From: Dehalococcoidia bacterium
GTDB lineage: Bacteria > Chloroflexota > Dehalococcoidia > UBA2979
NCBI GenBank assembly: GCA_965219085.1
Contig: OZ244720.1
Location: forward strand, 928,001 to 992,000
Direction: 5' to 3'
Length of the DNA stretch: 64,000 nucleotides
The notes below the pieces were generated by a model. That model was not told where the DNA came from. It worked only from the letters and a program-made list of their open reading frames with translations, and did not search any database. This document shows positions 31,171 to 39,034 of this stretch, piece after piece. Position numbers and translations under genes: made by a program. Within the stretch, counting starts at the first letter, position 1. Each line of letters opens with the position of its first letter.

Positions 31171-31343
31171 ATCTGCTCCCCCCACCCTCGGCCCTGCCGG
31201 GCCGATCCTGATTTCACTCCGTGGCCCTGACGGGCCGCCTACTGATGCACGATGCCGGTGCGGGCCTCGCGGGTCATGTCCGCTCGCCCGCCCGCTACGT
31301 TCCCTCCCTGGTTGCCTCCTCCGTCCGGGCCCGGACTGCCTGC

Positions 31344-33575
31344 CTAGCCGCCGTTCGGTGTGCCGAGGACGGAGCGTTCCAGCAGCTCTGCCACGTCGAA
31401 GGGGCGGATCCGCCCCTCTTCCTCGGGCTGGATGGCCGGCGCCCCGTCTTCGAACATCTGGATGCAGAACGGGCAGTTCGAGATCACCTCGTCCGCGCCC
31501 GTGCCGACGGCCTCCTCGGTGCGCACGTGGTTGACCCGGCGCTCACCGATCTCTTCTTGCCACATGTTGCCGCCGCCGGCGCCGCAGCACAGGCCGCGGC
31601 TGCGGCTGCGCTTCATTTCCGTCAGGTCGACGCCCGGCAGCACCTCGATGATCTGGCGCGGCGCATCATACACGCCGTTCATGCGCCCGAGGTAGCACGA
31701 GTCGTGGTACGTCACGCTCGTGCCCACGCTGTGGCGCGGTGTCAGGTCGCCGTCTTCGAGCGCCTGCTGCAGGAACTCGGTGTGGTGCAGCACCTCGAAG
31801 TTACCGTCGAACTGCGGGTACTCGTTGCGGAACGTGTTGAAGCAGTGCGGGCAGTTGGTGATCACCTTCTGCACGTTCTTCGCCTTGAACGTGTCAACCA
31901 GCTGCGTCGCGAGGATCTGGTACAGGTACTCGTTGCCGAGGCGCCGCGCCGGGTCACCGTTGCACGTCTCCTCCTGCCCCAGCACCCCGAAGCTCGCGCC
32001 CGCCTCGCGTAGCAGCCGGAACACGGACTGCGTGATCGGCAGGTTGCGCTCCACCAGCGAACCCGAGCAGCCGACCCAGTAGAGGTACTCCTGCGTCCCG
32101 TCGAAGATCGGGACGTCCTCGAAGCCGTCCATCCACGACTCGCGGGTGAGCGTGGTGCCGCGCCAGGGGTGGCCGCGCTGCTCGATGTTCTCGAGGGCGC
32201 TCTGCGCCGCCGGGGGCACGCGCGCCTCGTTCATGACCAGGTAGCGGCGCATGTCGACGATGGTCGGGACGTGCTCGATCATCACCGGGCACTCCTGCAT
32301 GCAGGCGCCGCAGGTGCGGCACGCCCACAGCGTCTCGTCCTTGATCACGTCACCGACCATCTCGATGGGTGAGACGGTGCGGACGTCGCCGTTGTCGTGC
32401 CCCGCGGTCTGGAGGTCCGGACCCACCGAGGCGAGGTGCGCCTTCAGGTCCTGGATGAGGTGCATCGGCGATAGCGGCTGCCCCGCCAAGTCGGCCGGGC
32501 AAACCTCGGTGCAGCGCCCGCAGCGCACACACGCGTCGAGTTCGAACAGCTGCTTCCAGGTGAAGTCCTGGATCTGCCCGACGCCGAACACCTCCTGCTC
32601 CTCGATGTTCTCGATGGTGGCGAGGCGGCCAGGCTTGTCGGTGCGGAGGAGGAAGGCGTTCACCGGCGCGAACAGCATGTGGTCGAGCCGCGTGAAGACC
32701 AGCATCCCGAGCCAGCCGAACGCGAGCAGGATGTGGCCCCACCACGCCCACGTGTGGGCGGTGAGCATATGGCCCTGCGTGGGACTGAAGATCCCGAGGA
32801 ACTCGGCAATGCCCCACGACACGAACGACCAGCGCGCCCACTCCGGATGCGCCTCCAGGACCGTCCCGTCCTCCAGCACGAAGCCGTGCAGCTCCGTGGT
32901 GTAGATGCGGAACGACTCCACGAGGAAGCCGGAGACCAGGATCAGCCCGAGCCCCACGATGATCGCGTGATCCTCGATGCGCTCATCCCAGCGGATGCGG
33001 TGGAAATCGTCGAAGTAGCGGCGGTACAGCGCCATCCCGACGCCGATCAGCCCGATCAGGCCGAACAGGTCGCCGTAGAACGAGAAGAACAGGTAGTACC
33101 AGCCGTGGAGGAAGTCGAGCGCCGTGTCGTCATCGATCGCCACCTGTGCGGTAACGAACGTGAGGACGATGATCGAGGAGAAGATGCAGAAGTGCATGAT
33201 CCCCGCGTAGCGGTCGCGGCGGATCTTCTCCTGCCCGATGCCCAGGCGCATCACGTTGCGCACCCGCACCGGGATCTCGCGCAGGATCCCCGGCGTCGGC
33301 TTGCCGATCGCCCACAGGGTGGCGTGGCGGCCGAAGCCGTAGACGAGGAGGCCGACGAGCCCGGCCAGCAGGATGTACACCGCCCACGGCTGGGCGACGT
33401 TGAAGAACACCTGCCGGTGGGCGTCGGTACGCTCCAGCTCGAAGGCGGAGATGAGCCCCAGGCCCGTCAGCCCGACGGCCGGACCCCACCACGCGCCAAC
33501 CAGGCGTGTACGCCTGAGTCGCCCGCCTGATGAGGCGGGCGACTCAGCACTTCTCTCGCGCTCGGATACGCTCAT
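31344..33575 (-). CDS. Membrane-bound HdrD/FadF-like Fe-S oxidoreductase (probable ETF:quinone oxidoreductase, EtfD-type)
   Basis: N-terminal TM region with His residues, CVRCGRCTEVCP, CRTCGACMQECP and two CCG domains (YHDSCYLGR, CCGAGGG, CPFC); adjacent to etfBA. Confidence 0.88.
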   Translation of the reverse strand: MSVSERERSAESPASSGGRLRRTRLVGAWWGPAVGLTGLGLISAFELERTDAHRQVFFNVAQPWAVYILLAGLVGLLVYGFGRHATLWAIGKPTPGILREIPVRVRNVMRLGIGQEKIRRDRYAGIMHFCIFSSIIVLTFVTAQVAIDDDTALDFLHGWYYLFFSFYGDLFGLIGLIGVGMALYRRYFDDFHRIRWDERIEDHAIIVGLGLILVSGFLVESFRIYTTELHGFVLEDGTVLEAHPEWARWSFVSWGIAEFLGIFSPTQGHMLTAHTWAWWGHILLAFGWLGMLVFTRLDHMLFAPVNAFLLRTDKPGRLATIENIEEQEVFGVGQIQDFTWKQLFELDACVRCGRCTEVCPADLAGQPLSPMHLIQDLKAHLASVGPDLQTAGHDNGDVRTVSPIEMVGDVIKDETLWACRTCGACMQECPVMIEHVPTIVDMRRYLVMNEARVPPAAQSALENIEQRGHPWRGTTLTRESWMDGFEDVPIFDGTQEYLYWVGCSGSLVERNLPITQSVFRLLREAGASFGVLGQEETCNGDPARRLGNEYLYQILATQLVDTFKAKNVQKVITNCPHCFNTFRNEYPQFDGNFEVLHHTEFLQQALEDGDLTPRHSVGTSVTYHDSCYLGRMNGVYDAPRQIIEVLPGVDLTEMKRSRSRGLCCGAGGGNMWQEEIGERRVNHVRTEEAVGTGADEVISNCPFCIQMFEDGAPAIQPEEEGRIRPFDVAELLERSVLGTPNGG

Positions 33576-33647
33576 ACGGTTCCCCTCACGGTCGCGCGCG
33601 AGCGTATCACCAGTGCGCTTTCCGGGCTCGCCTCCACGCGTCCGGTC

Positions 33648-35219
33648 TTACGACGCGGCCGGCGTCTGCGCGCCCCAGCGGTCGCGGATGTCGTTCTTGA
33701 GCAGCTTGCCCAGGTGGTTGCGCGGCAGCTCCTCCGAGATCCACTCGTACTGCGAGGGCGCCTTGTAGGAGGCCAGCCGACTCTTGACGAACGCCGTGAG
33801 GTCCTCGTCGGAGGGCTTGTCGGCGTCCCCGCCGACGACCACGGCCTTCACGATCTCGCCCCAGTCAATGTCGGGCACGCCGATCACGGCCACGTCCTCG
33901 ATCCCCGGGTGCTCCTCGAGGATGCTCTCGACCTCGCCGGGCGAGATGTTCTCGCCGCCACGGATGATGAGGTCCTTGAGCCGCCCCGTGATGAACAGGT
34001 AGTTGTCGGGGTCCAGGTAGCCCGCGTCGCCGGTGTGCAGCCAGCCGTCGACGACGGCCGAGGCGGTCTCCTCCTCGCGCTTCTGGTACTCACGCATGAT
34101 GCGGTCGCCGCGGATGCAGATCTCACCCTCTTCGCCGGGCACCTGCATCGAGCCGTCCACCTTGAGGATGCCGACCTCGAGGTCCGGCATCGGCCGGCCG
34201 ACCGAGCGCAGGCGCTTGATCTTGAGCTCGTTCTCCTCGGGCGTACCGTCCAGGCGGTGGTCGTCCGGCCCGAGGTAGCTCATCGTCGAGGTCGACTCGG
34301 TCTGGCCGTAGGCGTTCATCAGCCCGCACTCGAAAGTGTCCATGGCCTGGCGCACGACCTCGAACGGCATCGGCGCCGCGCCATAGGTGATGAGCTGCAG
34401 CGACGAGATGTCGTAGTTGCCGAAGTCGTCCGCTTCCATGACGCGCTTGAGCATCGTCGGCACCACGAAGGCGTGGGTGACGCCTTCGCGCTCGACGGTG
34501 TCGAGCCAGGCCGAGGGGTCGAACTGCGGCAGGATCGCGAGCTTCCGGCCGGCCCATATCGAGCCGAGCATCGTCGTCGCGCCGGCGACGTGGAAGAACG
34601 GCACCGAGACCATCGTCACGTCCGGGTCTGCGGTCGGGTCGACCGGGTTCTGGGTGTTCACGACGTAGGCGGTGAGCGTCTTGTGCGTGAGCACGACGCC
34701 CTTCGGCAGCGCCGTCGTGCCCGAGGTGTAGATCACCATCGCGGGATCGTCGTCGTCGACATCGGTGTAGAACGGAGTGTCCTCGCCGGTGTCGCGCAAC
34801 TCCTCGATGGTCTGCAGCCCGTCCACCTCGAAGCCGAGCGTGTAGACGTTCTCGATCTTGGGCAAGGAGGGGCGAATCTCCTGCAGGATCGGGTAGTAGC
34901 GCTCGGAGAGGAAGAAGACGTTCACGTCCGAGGCGTCCGCCATGTACTGCAGCTCGTCGGTCTTCGCGCGGAAGCTGAGCGGCACGAACGTGGCGCCGAC
35001 GGCGGCGGTCGCGTAGTAGAGCTCGACGAAGTTGCAGGAGTTGACCGCCATGATGCCGACGTTGGCGCCCTTGCCGACGCCGATCGACGACAGCGCGTGC
35101 GCCAGCTTGTTCACCCGCGATTGCAATTCCATGTAGGTGAGGGCGTCGTCCGGATCGCTGACGGCGACGCGGTCCGGCACCATCGAGCCGGCGATCGTGA
35201 GAATGTCCGCAGTGTTCAT
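33648..35219 (-). CDS. Acyl-CoA synthetase (AMP-binding, FadD-like)
   Basis: YTSGTTALPKG, AYGQTE, GWLHTGD, GRLKDLIIRGGENI, LPRN..GK. Confidence 0.92.
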   Translation of the reverse strand: MNTADILTIAGSMVPDRVAVSDPDDALTYMELQSRVNKLAHALSSIGVGKGANVGIMAVNSCNFVELYYATAAVGATFVPLSFRAKTDELQYMADASDVNVFFLSERYYPILQEIRPSLPKIENVYTLGFEVDGLQTIEELRDTGEDTPFYTDVDDDDPAMVIYTSGTTALPKGVVLTHKTLTAYVVNTQNPVDPTADPDVTMVSVPFFHVAGATTMLGSIWAGRKLAILPQFDPSAWLDTVEREGVTHAFVVPTMLKRVMEADDFGNYDISSLQLITYGAAPMPFEVVRQAMDTFECGLMNAYGQTESTSTMSYLGPDDHRLDGTPEENELKIKRLRSVGRPMPDLEVGILKVDGSMQVPGEEGEICIRGDRIMREYQKREEETASAVVDGWLHTGDAGYLDPDNYLFITGRLKDLIIRGGENISPGEVESILEEHPGIEDVAVIGVPDIDWGEIVKAVVVGGDADKPSDEDLTAFVKSRLASYKAPSQYEWISEELPRNHLGKLLKNDIRDRWGAQTPAAS

Positions 35220-35489
35220 GCCTGCACCCCTCTTCCGCGGCCGGCACTGTGTGCCGGCCGGGCTTGTTTCCCCGGGCGCGGCTGAGCCCGCGCCCTCATC
35301 TACGCTTCCCGTACGAGCGAGGCCGTTTGCCTTCCCCGCCACCTCCTGTGCGGCGCGCGAGTACCCGACCCGGTGCGCACCGAGGCGCGCTCAATATAAA
35401 GACGACGCGCCGCTGCTGCCAGAACCCTCAGGGCTGTTTACATCAGCGCGGTTCGTGCTTGTGATAACGAGTCAGACGTGTTATATGTA

Positions 35490-35593
35490 CAGGGACACGG
35501 TCGCTCCGGTGCGTACGGTACCATACCGAAGCGGTACTGTGTGACGGAGAGGGGTGAAACCCCTCGGACGGCAGTCTAAATCCTGTGTCCCTG
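35490..35593 (+). ncRNA. Candidate structured ncRNA (~104 nt multi-stem junction), family unknown; strand not certain
   Basis: 11-bp closing stem CAGGGACACGG/CTGTGTCCCTG; inner CTCCG/CGGAG and ACGGTACC/GGTACTGT stems; hairpin GAGGG-GTGAAAC-CCCTC; AT-rich promoter-like DNA just upstream. Confidence 0.5.
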
Positions 35594-35630
35594 CCCGCGC
35601 AGCGTCCCCAACAACGGAGCGGCCCTGATC

Positions 35631-36011
35631 ATGCGTGATCGGGGCCGCTCGCTGTTCAGGATCGCGCTCCGCCTGCTCTGGCACCTCGCCCCTGTGCTCT
35701 TCGTGGGCGCCTACGCGCTGTTCATGTCCACGGGGCCGGCGGAGCGGTGGATTGTGGTGATCGCCCTCATCCTCGCCATCCAGGGCGCAGGTCTGCTGTA
35801 CAGATGGAAGTGGAGGGACAGCTCGCTACCACCGCCGAAACGGACCCTCAGGGACGCTCTGCTGATGGTCGTGATCGGGTTGAGTCTGGTGTTCTTGTTC
35901 ACTCCGGGCGGGCTCATGGCGAAGTACGCAGCCTCTGGTGCCTACGCGACAGTCGTGATCGGCCTGGTACTCATTGCCCGGCGGGTCACCGACTGGGAGT
36001 GGCTCAACTGA
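35631..36011 (+). CDS. Hypothetical 4-TM membrane protein, 126 aa
   Basis: Four hydrophobic segments separated by basic loops. Confidence 0.65.
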   Translation: MRDRGRSLFRIALRLLWHLAPVLFVGAYALFMSTGPAERWIVVIALILAIQGAGLLYRWKWRDSSLPPPKRTLRDALLMVVIGLSLVFLFTPGGLMAKYAASGAYATVVIGLVLIARRVTDWEWLN

Positions 36012-36121
36012 ATGGCTGACCCGGGGTGGCACTGTTCGCACCCGAGGGCTGGCGCCCTCCAGCCAGGAAAGGGCAGAGCGTCAGACCGGAAATGACCGGA
36101 CCGGAGGTCAGGGTAACCTGA

Positions 36122-36196
36122 TGCACTCAGCCGGATTCGAACCTGCGACCTCCGAGGTGAGTAAGACCGGCGCTCTGTCCACTGAGCTACCACGGC
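36122..36196 (-). tRNA. Degenerate tRNA-Val(TAC)-like sequence (pseudo-tRNA)
   Basis: TAGCTCAGTGGACAGAGC D-arm, CCGGT-CT-TAC-TC anticodon arm with a 2-nt insertion, AGGTC variable loop, GCAGG-TTCGAAT-CCGGC T-arm. The immediate acceptor strands do not pair and there is no CCA. Confidence 0.7.
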
Positions 36197-36291
36197 GCCC
36201 TGTCCACTGAGCCACCACGCCGGAGCCGGGAGCTTCAACAAGTGCCTGGTGCGCACAATCGCAAGCCAGCGATTTGAATGTAAACACGCCC

Positions 36292-36813
36292 CTAGCGTTC
36301 GCGCTCAGCTTCAGCGAGGTTTGACCGCCCGATCACCTCGACCTCGACGATGCGTTTGCCCTGCTCGTTGGTGGGTGGAGGCCGCGTGATGTGGAACGTG
36401 CGCAGCGGCTGGCTCGTGCGCTCCAGCGCGTCACCGGTGAGATACCACACCGCCTGCGAACAGCTGTCCGTGAGCACGCCCGGCCGCCCCAGCGGGTTCT
36501 GTGAGGCGCCCCGCTCGTCCTCGGGATCGAGGTCGACGACACACCCCGTCCCAACCGGCGAGATCGCGTCGATCGCGCGCAGGTTCTTCGCGCCCTCGGC
36601 CTCGTCGAGGGCGATGACGAAGATGCGCGCCTGCGGGAACCAGCGCGGCTCGCCCACCTCGTAGTCCTCGATGGGCCCGGCGTCGAACAGGAAGACCTCG
36701 AAATCCGGGCGGTTACAAGCGCCGTAGAACACCGCGCCGATGGCCGCGACGCTCACGAACACCAGCGCCACGAGGCCGATCGGCCAGCCGCGCCGCGGAG
36801 GTCGCCGGCTCAT
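36292..36813 (-). CDS. Membrane-anchored Rieske-fold-like protein lacking Fe-S ligands
   Basis: TM anchor, then DAGP.EDY.VGEP, LRAIDAISPVGTGC.V and LTDSCSQAVWYLTG, QPLRTF. ATG overlaps the upstream stop (ATGA). Confidence 0.6.
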   Translation of the reverse strand: MSRRPPRRGWPIGLVALVFVSVAAIGAVFYGACNRPDFEVFLFDAGPIEDYEVGEPRWFPQARIFVIALDEAEGAKNLRAIDAISPVGTGCVVDLDPEDERGASQNPLGRPGVLTDSCSQAVWYLTGDALERTSQPLRTFHITRPPPTNEQGKRIVEVEVIGRSNLAEAERER

Positions 36814-37532
36814 GCCGCCGCCGCGACGCTCGCAGCGAGCCGCCGTTCGAGCGCGATGCCGTCGGCGAGGGGCAGGTCGAGGCCGCGCACGACCGCGCGC
36901 TTCGTCGCGCGCGTCGCCTTCGGGTCGCGCGCCGCAAGCAGCTCCGCCCACTCCTCGGCGGCGGCGTCGAGTTGCTCGCGCGGGACGACGCGCTGCACGA
37001 AGCCGAGCTCGTACGCGCGCTGTGCGGGGATCGGGTCGCCTGTCGTCGCCATCCGCAGCGCCTGGCCGAGCGGCACGTGGCGCGGCACGGTCTGTGTTCC
37101 GCCGGCCGACGGGATGTAGCCGAGCGTGACCTCCGGGATGGCGAACCGGGCGTCCTCGGCGGCCACGCGCAGGTCGCAGTACAGCGACATCTCCAGCCCG
37201 GCGCCGTAGGCGAAGCCATGCACGGCGGCGATGAGCGGGATCTCGAGCGTCGACATCACGCCCCACAGGTCGCGGCGCACGCGTGCGTCACGCGCCTCGA
37301 TGAACGAGGGGGCCGTGCCGAAGTCGGTGATGTCGGCGCCCGCGGAGAATGCCCGGTCACCGGCGCCGCGAAGCACGGCGACCCGCACGGTGGGGTCGTC
37401 GCGCAGCAGTTCCAGGTGCATCCACAGCTGGTCGCGCATCTCCAGATGCACGGCGTTGAGCCGCTCGGGGCGGTTCAGCGTCAGCCAGACGGCGTCGCCG
37501 CGACGCTCCGCGATGACGAACGGCTCGGCCAT
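36810..37532 (-). CDS. Enoyl-CoA hydratase/isomerase family
   Basis: TLNRPERLNA, AFSAGADI, GAGLE...CDLRVA, PEV.LG.IP.AGGTQ. Confidence 0.92.
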   Translation of the reverse strand: MAEPFVIAERRGDAVWLTLNRPERLNAVHLEMRDQLWMHLELLRDDPTVRVAVLRGAGDRAFSAGADITDFGTAPSFIEARDARVRRDLWGVMSTLEIPLIAAVHGFAYGAGLEMSLYCDLRVAAEDARFAIPEVTLGYIPSAGGTQTVPRHVPLGQALRMATTGDPIPAQRAYELGFVQRVVPREQLDAAAEEWAELLAARDPKATRATKRAVVRGLDLPLADGIALERRLAASVAAAA

Positions 37533-37543
37533 GGGGTGCGCGC

Positions 37544-37780
37544 CTACACCCAGTCCGGCTTCTGGATGCCGCTCTTCTGACTGTGGTCGTGCGTGCGCTG
37601 CACCTCTTCGTTGATCTTCTCGGCCAGCCGCGCCATCTCGTCCGACCGGGGTGTGAGGTGCTCGTTGCGCCAGCGGCGGACCGCCGCCGCGTCGCCCCGG
37701 CTGAACTCCTGATCGCTCAGGCCGTCGAGGACCGAGTTGGCCATGGCCAGCACTTCTTCGATCGTGAACTGGACTTTCAT
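37544..37780 (-). CDS. Small hypothetical protein (78 aa), paralog of 37780..38046
   Basis: MKVQFTIEEVLAM...AVRRWRNEHLTPRSDEM...; ATG coupled to the upstream stop (TGATG). Confidence 0.72.
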   Translation of the reverse strand: MKVQFTIEEVLAMANSVLDGLSDQEFSRGDAAAVRRWRNEHLTPRSDEMARLAEKINEEVQRTHDHSQKSGIQKPDWV

Positions 37781-38046
37781 CAGCTCCACCGCTCCCTGGC
37801 AGTCTCCCGCTCGAAGCGCCCGCCGCGCATGGTGCGGCGCAGGGTCGAGTCGTCGATGTAGTCCATCAACTGGTTGTTGAACTGGGCCGTGAAGTCGTCG
37901 AGCTCGCCGGAGCCCGGCCCGCGATCGCTGCGCCACGTGCGGATCGCCTCCTGCGCCTCCTCGCTCAGTTCGAGGCTGTCGAGCAACCGCGACGTGACGA
38001 GGCCGATCACGACGTTGACCTCGCCGGGGTTGAGCATGACGTTCAT
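37780..38046 (-). CDS. Small hypothetical protein (88 aa)
   Basis: MNVMLNPGEVNVV...AIRTWRSDRGPGSGEL...; GC3-rich codon usage. Confidence 0.72.
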   Translation of the reverse strand: MNVMLNPGEVNVVIGLVTSRLLDSLELSEEAQEAIRTWRSDRGPGSGELDDFTAQFNNQLMDYIDDSTLRRTMRGGRFERETARERWS

Positions 38047-38134
38047 CGGCTCTGACCTGCCTGTTCCACGCTGACTTCCCTCCGATGGCTCCTGGCGGCG
38101 CTGCCGCCGCTCCTGGTGTCTCGTTGTTCGGGGG

Positions 38135-38896
38135 CTATTCCCCCGTGAACTCCGGATCTCGCCGCTCGACGAACGCGCTCACACCCTCGGCGCGGTCGGC
38201 GGTGGTCTGCAGCAGCACCGTCAACTCGAGCTCGAGCCGCAACGCCTCGGCCAGCGGCACCTCGATACCGCGCTTGATCGCCTCCTTCGCGAAGCGCGTC
38301 GCCAGCGGCCCGCGCGCCGCGATCGCCTCCGCGACGGCCCTTGCAGCGTCGTCCAGCTCAGCCGCTGGCGCCACCTCGGATACGAGGCCGATGCGCAGCG
38401 CCTCGGCCGCGTCAATCATCTCGCCTGTGAGCAGCAGGCGCAGCGCCTGGGCGCGGCCCACGGCGCGCGGCAGCCGTTGTGTGCCGCCGCCACGCGGCAC
38501 CAGACCGCTGCCGGTCTCCGGCATCGCGAACGTGGCGTCATCGGCCGCGATGCGGATATCGCACGCGAGCGCGAGCTCGAGCCCCGCCGAGTGCGCCTCG
38601 CCGCGGATCGCCGCGATCGTCGGCTGCGGCACGTCGGCCAGCGCGTCGAAGCCCGCGCCGATGGGCCCGAGGATGTCGCGCAGCATGGCGTCGTCCTCGA
38701 TCGCGGCGGGGTCCCAGCCGCTCCCGAAGCCCGCGCCGGCGGTGGCGACGACGACCACGCGCACCTCCGGGTGGCTCGCGGTGAGCTCCGCGGCGGCTGC
38801 GGTGAGCCCCTCGCTGAGCGCGCGATCGTAGCCGCCGGACGGCGGGTCGACGGTGAGGGTGGCGATGGGGCCGGTGGTGTCGAGTGTGATGGACAT
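38135..38896 (-). CDS. Enoyl-CoA hydratase/isomerase family
   Basis: SAGLELALACDIRIA, PET..GL.P.GGGTQRLPR, DRAEG..AF.ERR.P.F.G. Confidence 0.92.
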   Translation of the reverse strand: MSITLDTTGPIATLTVDPPSGGYDRALSEGLTAAAAELTASHPEVRVVVVATAGAGFGSGWDPAAIEDDAMLRDILGPIGAGFDALADVPQPTIAAIRGEAHSAGLELALACDIRIAADDATFAMPETGSGLVPRGGGTQRLPRAVGRAQALRLLLTGEMIDAAEALRIGLVSEVAPAAELDDAARAVAEAIAARGPLATRFAKEAIKRGIEVPLAEALRLELELTVLLQTTADRAEGVSAFVERRDPEFTGE

Positions 38897-39034
38897 ACGC
38901 CGAGGATCGTACGGACGCGCGATCGAGGGCGTCAATGCACACGCCCGCGGGACCACAGCCGCGAGCCCGTCCCGTGCGTGGTCGCTGGACGCGATAGGCT
39001 ATCGCTGCGAGGATCGCGGCCGGATGGAGCGACC

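Noticed and set aside
35490-35593. FMN, cobalamin or SAM riboswitch, hammerhead ribozyme, or group II intron fragment
   Set aside because: Only short words (GGTGAAA, CTAAATCC) resemble these; the conserved cores and stem order do not match by eye. An Rfam search is needed to be definitive.
36122-36196. Functional canonical tRNA-Val
   Set aside because: Unpaired acceptor stem, 2-nt insertion in the anticodon stem, pyrimidine at position 37, T-stem mismatch and no CCA.
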